Below are positions 20,892 to 30,761 of a stretch of DNA of 64,000 nucleotides, one piece after another; position 1 is the first letter of the stretch; each line of letters begins with the position of its first letter. The notes under the pieces were generated by a model. That model did no database searches. It saw nothing but the letters and a program-made list of their open reading frames with translations, and was not told the origin of the DNA. The position numbers and the translations under genes were made by a program. The stretch comes from a virus (Duplodnaviria > Caudoviricetes), in the IMG/VR virus record IMGVR_UViG_3300024346_000003; one strand, given 5' to 3'.

Positions 20892-21302
20892 TTATTTTGA
20901 TTGACTGTCGGCAATTAACTTATTAATTCTATTTCTACCTTTCTCTCCGATTGGTATTGGATTACCTTCTTCATCAATTTGTACAAATTTTATATGTGTT
21001 TTTAAAACTAAAACTTGTTTCCCAGTATAAACATTATGGGCCCTGGCTTCCATGTATAACGTTACAGATGAATTACCAACTTGCGTTGGGTAACCATAGA
21101 TTTTAAGTAACTGACTTTCTCTAGCTGGCTTCTCAAAGATACATTTATCAATTGATACAGTCACCATTCTAGGTGTATCACACAATTGCATTGAATATGC
21201 AGCAGCTGCCGCATCAATCCAAGCCAATAGTTTACCACCGAACAAATTACCATGGAAACCTAAGTCTGATTTTTTAATTGGGTGTTGGTTTAATTGTTCC
21301 AT
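20892..21302 (-). CDS. acyl-CoA thioesterase (HotDog fold, YciA-like)
   Basis: HGNLFGGKLLAWIDAAA...VTVSID...VGNSSV...FVQIDEEG motif set. Confidence 0.88.
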   Translation of the reverse strand: MEQLNQHPIKKSDLGFHGNLFGGKLLAWIDAAAAAYSMQLCDTPRMVTVSIDKCIFEKPARESQLLKIYGYPTQVGNSSVTLYMEARAHNVYTGKQVLVLKTHIKFVQIDEEGNPIPIGEKGRNRINKLIADSQSK

Positions 21303-21805
21303 TATTTTAACACTTGTTTTATTTTATTAACATACCCCTCTAGTAATACAATCTTTCTTCTAATACTAATCTTATCCATATCCGCCAACATTCTTAAGTA
21401 ATCGTTTAATTCATCTAATTGGTTAAATTCTTCTTTTAAAAGTTTAGATGCTTCACTTTCCATTAATTCTGCCATATTGAGTTTATCTGAAATGTTTAAT
21501 TTTTTATCCCATTTTTCAACAACTTCAGGAAATGTGTTTTTAATTGCGTTCTGTTGTCTGATTGGTATATCACTTTCCATTAATCCTGATAAATTTACCT
21601 TTTGTGTTTTGAAAGTCATATCTTTATCTAACCCATCTAATAACCCAGTAGCTTCCCATTTTTTTATGGTTTTCTCTCGTTCCCATATTTTTATAAATGA
21701 CTCAATTGTGGGTGTATATATTCTTCTCTCCCACTCTTCAAAACTTATATGTGGTTCTTGATTTACAAATAAGTAATTTTCATATTGTGTTCTTAATGTT
21801 GCCAT
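21302..21805 (-). CDS. protein with similarity to major-capsid N-terminal arm
   Basis: KKWEATGLLDGL and NMAELMESEASKLL resemble MCP SKWESLGFLEGL and NVAQLYENQASSIL. Confidence 0.6.
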   Translation of the reverse strand: MATLRTQYENYLFVNQEPHISFEEWERRIYTPTIESFIKIWEREKTIKKWEATGLLDGLDKDMTFKTQKVNLSGLMESDIPIRQQNAIKNTFPEVVEKWDKKLNISDKLNMAELMESEASKLLKEEFNQLDELNDYLRMLADMDKISIRRKIVLLEGYVNKIKQVLK

Positions 21806-21808
21806 AAT

Positions 21809-22006
21809 TTATTTTTTATTTTGATTGACTGTCAATTGTTGGGGTCTTTCCACCCATTCTTTATATGAATAATCATATATAGAACCGTCACTAGATTCTA
21901 GTATAAATCTAGTACTAGATTTAAATCTTTCAATATCTGTCCAATCAGATATTTCAATATCTTTAAGGATATCACCTACTGGGTTTAATAATTTTAATTT
22001 AATCAT
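21809..22006 (-). CDS. hypothetical protein
   Basis: 65 aa ORF in thyA operon. Confidence 0.55.
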   Translation of the reverse strand: MIKLKLLNPVGDILKDIEISDWTDIERFKSSTRFILESSDGSIYDYSYKEWVERPQQLTVNQNKK

Positions 22007-22009
22007 AAT

Positions 22010-23263
22010 TTAATTGCTTAGTGGTGCTTTAATTGTTGGGTGTGATTGGTAGTCTTTTAAGATAAATCCATCTAACTCGTAATTATCAATATATGTTTCT
22101 TTTTCATATTTGAAAAATAATTTTGGTAGTGTATATGGTTCTCTTGTTCGTGTTGGTATATTCCATTGGTCAATTTCAGAATGCGATAATGTACTACTGT
22201 CTCCACCGTTATAAATTTGATTAAACATTTCTTGATTAACCATCGCTCTTCGTTCATCTAAAGTTAACTCTCTACCAATCTGTTCCTTTGCTTGTTCAAC
22301 ATGATTCAAATACAAATGTGTATCACCCAAGTTACCAATCAATTCATCAGGAACCATATTGACTTCCTTAGCAATGATTTCTAATAACAAACCATAAGAT
22401 GCAATATTGAATGGTAAACCTAAGAATGTATCTACTGAACGTTGATTCCACATTAAAGAGATTGCTCGTTTAGGAATGTTAAATGAGTTTAGTTTTTTAT
22501 GACCTTCATAACTTTCTACATAATCAATCTCCCACATTCCTCGTTTGCCTGTTTCATTTTGATTTTGTTGATACCATAGTTCAATACGTTCTTCCAAACT
22601 CAACACTCTTGTAAAAAACTGAAAATCTGTATGACAAGGGGGTAATACCATTTCATTTAATTCACCAACATTCCAAGCAGAAACTCTATTGCGTCTGGAG
22701 TCTGGGTCTGTTTTAAGTAAATTGATTGCGTTTTGTATTTGGTCTGTTCCTTTAATACCGTAACCTCTTTCTTCAGTTTGAGGCTCATAACCCCAATTTC
22801 TCCATTGTTTACCATACACTGGACCTAATTCACCCCACTTGTTAGCAAACTCATCATTAGTTTTTATTTTATTAATAAATTCTTCTTGTGTTAATAATCT
22901 TGAAGTTGCATTATAAATAGGTCCTTCTACAATAACTATATCTTTATTAATTTCTAAATTAAGATTTATGTTTTGATTTTTGTTAATAAAATTTTTATAC
23001 GCATCACCATCCCAAATGTGACAATTATTATCAATAAGATATTTAATGTTTGTATCACCACGTAAAAACCACAACAATTCTGTTACAATTCCTTTGAAAT
23101 ACATCTTTTTTGATGTAATCAGTGGAAAACCATCTGACATCTTGTGTCTGATTTGCCTTCCGAATACAGATATCGTACCTGTTCCAGTACGGTCTTGCTT
23201 GGTTACTCCGTTATCTAGGATATCTTGGAGTAGGTCTGTGTATTGTTTATCTAGTTTGTTCAT
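22010..23263 (-). CDS. thyA: thymidylate synthase with large insertions
   Basis: DRTGTGT, ELLWFLRG, LGPVYGKQWR, LPPCH, QRSVDTFLGLPFNIASY, GDTHLYLNH motifs. Confidence 0.96.
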   Translation of the reverse strand: MNKLDKQYTDLLQDILDNGVTKQDRTGTGTISVFGRQIRHKMSDGFPLITSKKMYFKGIVTELLWFLRGDTNIKYLIDNNCHIWDGDAYKNFINKNQNINLNLEINKDIVIVEGPIYNATSRLLTQEEFINKIKTNDEFANKWGELGPVYGKQWRNWGYEPQTEERGYGIKGTDQIQNAINLLKTDPDSRRNRVSAWNVGELNEMVLPPCHTDFQFFTRVLSLEERIELWYQQNQNETGKRGMWEIDYVESYEGHKKLNSFNIPKRAISLMWNQRSVDTFLGLPFNIASYGLLLEIIAKEVNMVPDELIGNLGDTHLYLNHVEQAKEQIGRELTLDERRAMVNQEMFNQIYNGGDSSTLSHSEIDQWNIPTRTREPYTLPKLFFKYEKETYIDNYELDGFILKDYQSHPTIKAPLSN

Positions 23264-23389
23264 TTTAAATATTTTGTTTTATAGTCTAGCACTATTAATA
23301 TTGCTTCTCTTATTTTTTCATCATGTGTTGATTCATGTAGTAATTTTAACGTCTTATCAAAATCATCTATAAGATATGTATCGTATTGT

Positions 23390-23623
23390 TTATCTAGGCT
23401 GTTCATTGTATTTTTTTATAAACCATTTAATTCCTGTTATTTTATGAAGGTAGTATAAAACAATCTTTTTCTTATTTTTAGTCCATATTTTTCTTGTTCC
23501 ATTCTTATCTGAAAATATCATATATGGTGTTTCAATTAGGATATAAGGTGTATAGACTATTTTAGATTCGACAATCCTTTCCTCCATCGTAATATTAATA
23601 GTCGGTATTTCTTCTTTATTCAT
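23390..23623 (-). CDS. hypothetical protein
   Basis: 77 aa ORF coupled to KTSC gene. Confidence 0.5.
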   Translation of the reverse strand: MNKEEIPTINITMEERIVESKIVYTPYILIETPYMIFSDKNGTRKIWTKNKKKIVLYYLHKITGIKWFIKKYNEQPR

Positions 23624-24047
23624 TAGTTGGGTTAAAATATTTTTCTATTTTATTAACTAAATTCATTAGTTTTGTTTCTTTGAATTCAGAATTGGTGTCA
23701 AAATCAGTAATGATTAATTCCATATCATCGATTATGGATTGTTGTTTTAATCTAAGTTCTTCTTGTTTAAGTTTATCAATTTCTTCTTCAATAACTTTAG
23801 CATCAACAACATCACCTTTTTCAACTGAGTGTAATTTTATATGTGAATTTAGAATAATACCCTGACTTTCTGCGGTTTCAAATCGTAAATAATCAGATGG
23901 TGAAACATCCATGTAGGTATATTGTGCACCACGCTTGAATGTAATTGTTAATCTTTTAGATTCTTTATCATACTTTGATGATAAAATATTTGATGAGTCA
24001 TAAGTTGCCTCAATCAAATTTTCAGTTTGTTTTCTTTTTAATAGCAT
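23616..24047 (-). CDS. KTSC-domain protein
   Basis: DSSNILSSKYD...LTITFKRGAQYTYMDV...F..AESQG motif plus helical C-terminus. Confidence 0.85.
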   Translation of the reverse strand: MLLKRKQTENLIEATYDSSNILSSKYDKESKRLTITFKRGAQYTYMDVSPSDYLRFETAESQGIILNSHIKLHSVEKGDVVDAKVIEEEIDKLKQEELRLKQQSIIDDMELIITDFDTNSEFKETKLMNLVNKIEKYFNPTNE

Positions 24048-24253
24048 AATTTATTACTTGTTTTATAAGCTTTTATTTCTGATAAATTAAATACGTTATG
24101 GACATTATCTCCGTCAGCAGTAATAATTACAATTAAAAATCCATTACTTAAAAATATTCTAGCATCATAATATTTGATATTCGTTATCGATACCCTCTGA
24201 CTATCATTATATTTTAAAATTTCAACTGATTTGTAATACACTCCATTTTCCAT
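24038..24253 (-). CDS. hypothetical protein
   Basis: ORF with TATATTTG promoter upstream (~24285). Confidence 0.55.
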   Translation of the reverse strand: MENGVYYKSVEILKYNDSQRVSITNIKYYDARIFLSNGFLIVIITADGDNVHNVFNLSEIKAYKTSNKLCY

Positions 24254-24360
24254 AATTATCATTTAAACTTTACTTACGTGCAAATATACTGATATTTATT
24301 TAAAAAAACAATAGTTGATTTTTACAAAAAAAATAAGTACTTTTAACAAAATTTTTTAAT

Positions 24361-26880
24361 ATGAATAGAGAGATTATACCAAAATTAAAAATCATTATCG
24401 GTGAAGCTGTTAAAGAAGCTCGATTGATGGATGATACACTAGTAAAGCCAGAACACATACTAATTTCAATAATTAATGACAATGATAATGCGTGTTCAGA
24501 TACATTAAAAAGTCTAGGACTTAATTTAGTATTACTTAATGATTGTTTAATTCTTGAAGTTAGAAATTCAAATCTAACACCTAGAATTGATAATAGCACT
24601 AAAGTAACCGTACCTTTTAGTAAAGAAAGTAAATTATTATTTAAAGCTGTTGATTTTGAATCTAAAAGTTTAGGTGATAACCACATAGACACAACACACA
24701 TCATGATGGCTATGTTAAATACAAATAACAAATTAAATATTAGAAAATTATTAAATAGTACTGGGATTTATTATGATAAATTTATAAGCGCAGTTAAACA
24801 AATACGAGATATGTTGAATGAAGAAAATAATTCATCAGATGATGAAAGTGAATTTGATTATTCTAATAGTGAGAATGATAGAAAAGATAAAAAACCAAAA
24901 AGAAGTGCACCTAGTAAAACACCAGTTCTAGATAATTTCTGTACCGATATTACAAAATTAGTTGATGAAAATAAAATTGACCCAGTTGTTGGTAGAAATA
25001 AAGAAATTAAAAGAGTTACTCAGATTTTATCAAGGAGAAAGAAAAATAATCCAGTATTAATCGGTGAAGCTGGTGTTGGTAAAAGTAGTATTGTTGAGGG
25101 TATCGCATTATTAATTAAAAGTGGGTCAGTACCCAGAACATTAATGGGTAAAAAAATCTATTCATTAGATTTGGCATCAGTTGTTGCTGGTACTAAATAC
25201 CGAGGTCAATTTGAAGAGCGAATTATAGCTATTTTAGATGAACTAAAAGTTAATACTGATATAATCTTATTCATTGACGAATTACACACCTTTATAGGTG
25301 CTGGAAATGCATCAGGTTCGCTAGATGCATCAAACATATTCAAACCAGCATTGGCTAGAGGTGAAATTCAAGTAATTGGTGCAACAACATTAGATGAATT
25401 TAGAGAGCACATCGAAAAAGATAGTGCATTAACTAGAAGATTCCAACAAGTATTGGTCGAAGCAACTACCGTAGAAGAAACTAAAATTATCTTAAATAAT
25501 ATTAAAGATAAATATGAAAAATACCATAAAGTAACTTATACACCTGAAGCTATTGACGAATGTGTTAAAATGGCTGATAGATATATTACCGATAGAGCTA
25601 TGCCAGATAAAGCAATTGATGTTTTAGATGAAGCTGGTGCAAGTACAAATATTGCACATGAACTTCCAGAAAATATTAAAAAACTAGAACTTAAAAAAGA
25701 TGACATATTAAAAAAGAAATTAGAGGTTGTCCAAAAACAAAAATACGAAGAAGCTGCTGAACTTAGAGATGAGGAAAGAAAGGTGAATGAAGATTTAGAC
25801 AAAGCTAAAAAGAATTGGATAGAATCTTTAGATAAAAAAAGAACAATAATTGATGTTAATTTAATTGCTGAAACAGTATCAACAATGACTGGAATTCCAT
25901 TAAGTAAAATCTCCTCACAAGAGAATAAAAAACTTATGTCAATGGATAAGGATTTGATGGGTAAAGTAATTGGTCAAGATGATGCAGTACTTAAAGTGAT
26001 TAAAGCTATCAAAAGAAATCGTTTAGGTATTAGAAATAGAAATAAACCAATCGGTTCATTTATTTTCTTAGGACCAACTGGTGTTGGTAAAACACATTTA
26101 AGTAAATTATTAACTGAAGAGATATTTGGTGATTCAGATGCATTAATTCGTATTGATATGAGTGAATACATGGAAAAACATTCAGTATCTAAATTAATTG
26201 GTTCACCTCCAGGATATGTTGGGTTTGAACAAGGTGGTCAATTAACTGAAAAAGTTAGAAGAAAACCATATTCAGTTATTTTATTTGATGAAATTGAAAA
26301 GGCACATGATGATGTATTCAATATCTTACTACAATTACTAGATGAAGGTCAATTAACTGATAGTTTTGGTAGAAAAATAAACTTCAAAAATTGTCTAATA
26401 ATACTTACATCAAATGTTGGTGCTAAAGAATTGACTAGCTTTGGTAAATCTATGGGGTTCCAAACTGATTCTGTTATTTCTAATGAAGAAGAAAGAACTC
26501 GTTCAATTATTGAAAAAGCACTTAAAAAGAAATTCAAACCAGAATTCTTAAATAGACTTGATGAAATTATAGTCTTTAATAGCTTAAAAGAGGAAGATAT
26601 TCATAAAATAATCTATAACGAACTTGATAAATTAAAAGAACGTGTATTAGAAATGGGTTATAATATTAAAATAAATAAATCAGCTATAGAATTTGTTGCT
26701 AAAAATGGGTATGATGAAGCTTATGGTGCCAGACCATTAAATAGAGCAATCCAAAGATACATTGAGGACCCAATTGCTGATGAAATTTTAAGTGGTAATT
26801 TCAAGGAAGGTGAAACTATAAACATAACCTTAGATAAAACCAAAAACGAAATAGTAATCAAAGGAGATAAAACTAAATAA
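24361..26880 (+). CDS. clpC: ClpC-type AAA+ chaperone/protease ATPase subunit
   Basis: Clp N repeats, GEAGVGKS and GPTGVGKT Walker A, UVR-like KYEEAAELRDEE linker, MGF ClpP-docking loop, YGARPL. Confidence 0.93.
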   Translation: MNREIIPKLKIIIGEAVKEARLMDDTLVKPEHILISIINDNDNACSDTLKSLGLNLVLLNDCLILEVRNSNLTPRIDNSTKVTVPFSKESKLLFKAVDFESKSLGDNHIDTTHIMMAMLNTNNKLNIRKLLNSTGIYYDKFISAVKQIRDMLNEENNSSDDESEFDYSNSENDRKDKKPKRSAPSKTPVLDNFCTDITKLVDENKIDPVVGRNKEIKRVTQILSRRKKNNPVLIGEAGVGKSSIVEGIALLIKSGSVPRTLMGKKIYSLDLASVVAGTKYRGQFEERIIAILDELKVNTDIILFIDELHTFIGAGNASGSLDASNIFKPALARGEIQVIGATTLDEFREHIEKDSALTRRFQQVLVEATTVEETKIILNNIKDKYEKYHKVTYTPEAIDECVKMADRYITDRAMPDKAIDVLDEAGASTNIAHELPENIKKLELKKDDILKKKLEVVQKQKYEEAAELRDEERKVNEDLDKAKKNWIESLDKKRTIIDVNLIAETVSTMTGIPLSKISSQENKKLMSMDKDLMGKVIGQDDAVLKVIKAIKRNRLGIRNRNKPIGSFIFLGPTGVGKTHLSKLLTEEIFGDSDALIRIDMSEYMEKHSVSKLIGSPPGYVGFEQGGQLTEKVRRKPYSVILFDEIEKAHDDVFNILLQLLDEGQLTDSFGRKINFKNCLIILTSNVGAKELTSFGKSMGFQTDSVISNEEERTRSIIEKALKKKFKPEFLNRLDEIIVFNSLKEEDIHKIIYNELDKLKERVLEMGYNIKINKSAIEFVAKNGYDEAYGARPLNRAIQRYIEDPIADEILSGNFKEGETINITLDKTKNEIVIKGDKTK

Positions 26881-26882
26881 TT

Positions 26883-26908
26883 AAAAACCCACAATTGTGG
26901 GTTTTTTT
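26883..26908 (+). terminator. intrinsic terminator
   Basis: AAAAACCCACAATTGTGGGTTTTT perfect palindrome. Confidence 0.8.
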
Positions 26909-26922
26909 ATATATTTATAATT

Positions 26923-27312
26923 ATGATTGAAGAAATTCTAAATAATAAGTTTTCAGACTATTTAACAGGTCTAGATATATACGAAGATGGTAAGAGTATA
27001 AAACTAGCTAGAATCGTAATTAAAGATGAATTTAGAGGTAGTGGTGTTGGGTCAGATATAATGAGTGACTTAATAAATTACGCTGATAATAATAAAAAGA
27101 TTATAACCTTAACACCATCATCTGATTTTGGTGGTAATAAAAATCGACTTATTCAATTTTATAAAAGATTCGGATTTAAACCGAATAAAGGTGTTCATAA
27201 AAGTTATGAATATATGGATGTGATGATTAGGTGGCCTAAAATAAACGAAGGGTCCCCAACGAAGACCCTTATCAAAGATTTACTTAGAGAAAGTTTAATT
27301 AATTTTAGATAA
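26923..27312 (+). CDS. GNAT-family acetyltransferase
   Basis: IVIKDEFRGSGVGS motif A and FYKRFGF motif B. Confidence 0.85.
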   Translation: MIEEILNNKFSDYLTGLDIYEDGKSIKLARIVIKDEFRGSGVGSDIMSDLINYADNNKKIITLTPSSDFGGNKNRLIQFYKRFGFKPNKGVHKSYEYMDVMIRWPKINEGSPTKTLIKDLLRESLINFR

Positions 27313-27990
27313 TTTATTTTTAATACCCACTATATAATGGTGATTACTAATTTTATGACCAGAATTGATGTAACTTTGATACCCACCTGGCCCAGCATTA
27401 TATTTAACTAGTGCATTTTCAGGTAAACCAGATTTCATATTTCTATTCATCATATAACCCCAAAACACTAAATTATTATTTTTATTTGATAACCATTTAA
27501 CTGATTGTGAATATGTAGTAGGTTTAACTAAGGTTGAATCACCACTCAAATATCTAAATACTTTGATATCATTATCAGTAACTAATTTAGTCATTATTGC
27601 TAGACCAGATTTAGGTGATATTTGAGCAATACCAATATGACCACCACTACCAACATTTACCACACCATTTTTATAATGCTTTGAACCAGACTCAATGATT
27701 ATTTGACCGACAAATAATTTAAATCCTATCTGAGTGGTATCCAGATTATAAAATTCACAAACCTTTATAAATTGTGTTACAGTTTGCGAATCAATTTCTG
27801 GATTGTAATGACTAAATGCTTTATATGCAAAAGTATAATTAGGGTCAATTGTGATAATACTATCTTTTGATTCTTTAGTACTATCAAAATCATAACTTTT
27901 ATTAGTTAAAATTGTTGGCTTACCATTAGGTATAATTAAACTTGTTGATACAAAAATCGCTAAAAATAATAGTTTATTTAAATTTTTCAT
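27295..27990 (-). CDS. lytic transglycosylase (SLT-like) with N-terminal signal/anchor
   Basis: QIIIESG catalytic Glu, GIAQI, ALVKYNAGPG motifs; hydrophobic N-terminus. Confidence 0.75.
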   Translation of the reverse strand: MKNLNKLLFLAIFVSTSLIIPNGKPTILTNKSYDFDSTKESKDSIITIDPNYTFAYKAFSHYNPEIDSQTVTQFIKVCEFYNLDTTQIGFKLFVGQIIIESGSKHYKNGVVNVGSGGHIGIAQISPKSGLAIMTKLVTDNDIKVFRYLSGDSTLVKPTTYSQSVKWLSNKNNNLVFWGYMMNRNMKSGLPENALVKYNAGPGGYQSYINSGHKISNHHYIVGIKNKLSKIN

Positions 27991-28118
27991 ATATTTTTTT
28001 TTACAAATATACTAATTAATTATCATATTTGCAAATATATCAGATACTTGAGGTATATACAATAAAATAGCCGTGGATATAAATACCCACAGCTATAGTT
28101 TTAATTTAAAATTAAATA

Positions 28119-28319
28119 TTACTTATTACCTTTAGCGATTTCTGAAATCGTTTTTTCTAATTTAGCGATTTTAGATTCTAACAAACTAGCTTTTTTAGCT
28201 TCTTGCTCAGCAATCCATTCACCTTTCTTTTTCTCAACCGCTTCTTTTACGATGTTATCGATTAAATCAACTAACGCTGATTCTTTGATTTGTACTGTTT
28301 TGTTTGTGTTTTTTGACAT
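28119..28319 (-). CDS. small coiled-coil protein, putative head-internal
   Basis: QIKESALVDLIDNIVKE; TATTTATA upstream. Confidence 0.6.
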   Translation of the reverse strand: MSKNTNKTVQIKESALVDLIDNIVKEAVEKKKGEWIAEQEAKKASLLESKIAKLEKTISEIAKGNK

Positions 28320-28403
28320 GTCTTAAAGTTTATAAAAATTTTTATTACTCTTGTATATTATAAATATAACATTTTTAACAAAAAGACAAAATAAAAATAA
28401 AAA

Positions 28404-28928
28404 TTAGCACAATTTATCAGCACCCTTGGTTGCAGCCCACGCATCAGGTTTAACTTTAAAATCATACCCCATACCTAACATATAACCAACCGCTTCACTT
28501 AACGCTTTATTAGAATCAAATCTAACATCTGGATTTATATCAGCATGTATCTCAAGTTTAATATCATATAAATCTAATAACGGTGAAATTTCACAAGCAA
28601 TCTCAATTGTTTTAGCAACTTCCTTCATCATTCGTTCCTTAACACCTTCTTTACCTTTCTTTTGTGTTGCATCAAAATATGCACCACCGATTACCATACC
28701 ACCTTTACCTTGGTGAATATCTCTACCAAATTTATCTTTACCAATATTTTCAGTTAATGCAACAACTATAGCTGTCGCAAATTGGTATCCAACACCTCTT
28801 CTTTTTGAGTCAGTACCAATACATACTTTTATCCCATAACCTTTTGCCATTTCTTCTTCAAATATTTTTTCTAAATATTCAACTATTGGTTCATTAATAA
28901 ACCCTTTTGAAACTCTCTTCCATTTCAT
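28404..28928 (-). CDS. RNase H-like protein (YkuK/DUF458-like)
   Basis: CIGTDS...FATAIV...EV...EIHADIN...G...KPDAWAA..AD pattern. Confidence 0.75.
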   Translation of the reverse strand: MKWKRVSKGFINEPIVEYLEKIFEEEMAKGYGIKVCIGTDSKRRGVGYQFATAIVVALTENIGKDKFGRDIHQGKGGMVIGGAYFDATQKKGKEGVKERMMKEVAKTIEIACEISPLLDLYDIKLEIHADINPDVRFDSNKALSEAVGYMLGMGYDFKVKPDAWAATKGADKLC

Positions 28929-28972
28929 AACTTTTAATTTTTAATTTTTTTATCAATAAAAAACCCCCAGTG

Positions 28973-30373
28973 TTATTGGGGGTTCGTTATAATTGTATTC
29001 GGTAGTAACCGCCTCAATTTATTATAATTCTCATCCCCTATATCTTTTATGCTAACCGCAACTCTATGTAACTTCCCACCATTCGACTTATCTAAATATT
29101 TAATCGTATCTGGAATATCAATAATTCTATTACCCAAAATATTTAAAAATATTAAATTTTTAAGATTACCAATCTCTCTGGGTATCGTGGTTAGTTTATT
29201 ATCTCTAACCACCATGACCTCAAGATTTGGTAATGAACACACCGATGGGTGTATAGATACCAAATTGGTATTATGCATCTCCAGTGTCTCCAAATTTTTA
29301 AATCTACTTAAATCTCCCATTTTAGGTACTTCTCTATCTCTAAATATTATTATAGGTGTAGTATCTTCGATTACCTCAAATAAACTATCACTAAATCCAA
29401 ATTTAATTAAATGGTTTAAATATGTATTATTACCGATAGACCTAACCATCTTTGACAAGTTAATTAACTCATCATGGAAATAATTACTTAAACCATCACT
29501 ATGCATCAAAACAGAATCAAATATTCCACTATTTTGAATTGTGTTTTTTCTATTCTTAACCTGGTTACTTTCAAAATGTATCTGATACAATGTATCATCA
29601 TTTAATTCACCATTAAAAAACTCATTGTTAATAATTATGTAGATTTTCGATTTTTTACCATTTGGTGTCTTATAATTTGTTGTATAATTCTGAAACATAC
29701 CATTCCCAGATTTACACGTACACCAATTGGCAAATGAATCAAATACTACACTAGCATCCCTAGTTAAAGGGATATAAACTGTGTATTTCCTATCTCTAAC
29801 ACCTATTTCAGCTTGACCAGAGTCAACAAATTTATATAATAATCGTTCAATACCAGAAGCATCCCTAACAATAAATGGGTCAACAGCATCAAATAATTGA
29901 CTTAATGATTTATACTGATTTATATCAGTTGGGTCACTTAAATCTTTTAATATATAACTACCACTACATAAATTTTTAAATTTTTGTTTTCTTTTATTCC
30001 CTTCAAATATTTCTAAATATTCTTTAGCCAATGGCAAATCTTCAACAACAAATCTAATAGCCTCAATTATTTTATCTGATTTTAATAACCTATTAAAAGT
30101 TGTTAACATCCATTGAGTATACATCTTGTTTAGTGTTGGGTCTGAATCAATCATAACATCAAAAATGTGTTTTGATATGCTAAAATTCTTCTTTACCTTA
30201 TCACCAACCTCAATAGAAGATATCAATGCTAAACAGATTTCATCATCAGACTTAACTTTAGTAACATCATAACCATTACCATTAAGTTTCACAATCTTTG
30301 TCTCTAAAATTTTAGTGTCAAAAATGTCAAACTTATCTGATAAAAATTGTAACCTATCTGTTATTGATGTCAT
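28973..30373 (-). CDS. leucine-rich-repeat protein
   Basis: LxxLxxLxLxxNxLxxIPxxIxxL repeats at C-terminus; WCT...YIII...QIHFES central domain. Confidence 0.8.
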   Translation of the reverse strand: MTSITDRLQFLSDKFDIFDTKILETKIVKLNGNGYDVTKVKSDDEICLALISSIEVGDKVKKNFSISKHIFDVMIDSDPTLNKMYTQWMLTTFNRLLKSDKIIEAIRFVVEDLPLAKEYLEIFEGNKRKQKFKNLCSGSYILKDLSDPTDINQYKSLSQLFDAVDPFIVRDASGIERLLYKFVDSGQAEIGVRDRKYTVYIPLTRDASVVFDSFANWCTCKSGNGMFQNYTTNYKTPNGKKSKIYIIINNEFFNGELNDDTLYQIHFESNQVKNRKNTIQNSGIFDSVLMHSDGLSNYFHDELINLSKMVRSIGNNTYLNHLIKFGFSDSLFEVIEDTTPIIIFRDREVPKMGDLSRFKNLETLEMHNTNLVSIHPSVCSLPNLEVMVVRDNKLTTIPREIGNLKNLIFLNILGNRIIDIPDTIKYLDKSNGGKLHRVAVSIKDIGDENYNKLRRLLPNTIITNPQ

Positions 30374-30425
30374 TTATTTAAATTTAAAAACAAATATACT
30401 AAATCTAAAGTAAAATATCAAGTAA

Positions 30426-30761
30426 TTATATAAATCTATTTATTAAATCTTCCTCCAGAAAAGTTTCAATCTGTGGTTTAATTACCCAAAATAGGTGATT
30501 ATCTGTACAAAACTTATCGATTATATCAAGCATAACTAAATTAGGATTTTCACCATCAGTAATTCTATATTTAACTTCCTCAAAAGAATTATATTTTCCA
30601 ATACTAACCAAACCATTCATAATTATATTGTATATTTCCCATCTATCCATATCTTTCTCATTCGAGTCCCACATGGAGTTTATTGCAAAATTTCTATATA
30701 GCTTGTCAAGCCTACTAAATTTGCCAGAACTAGTTTTAATTGTTAAATTAAATTCTTTCAT
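30426..30761 (-). CDS. hypothetical protein (paralog of 30843..31163)
   Basis: shared W..YN.I..L...Y..TD..PN pattern. Confidence 0.6.
   Translation of the reverse strand: MKEFNLTIKTSSGKFSRLDKLYRNFAINSMWDSNEKDMDRWEIYNIIMNGLVSIGKYNSFEEVKYRITDGENPNLVMLDIIDKFCTDNHLFWVIKPQIETFLEEDLINRFI

Noticed and set aside
14087-23263. Introns or inteins in terminase and thyA
   Set aside because: Both frames are continuous; no intein C/S...HN boundaries or embedded endonuclease motifs seen.
6696-26537. Opposite-strand or alternate-frame ORFs (e.g. 6696, 7794, 8205, 11857, 16208, 24300, 25536)
   Set aside because: They lie inside well-supported genes and have Ser/Pro-rich shadow-frame composition.
5681-26880. 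Stop-codon reassignment (as in Lak/crAss-like phages)
   Set aside because: Core genes are full length under code 11, and no canonical suppressor tRNA was found.
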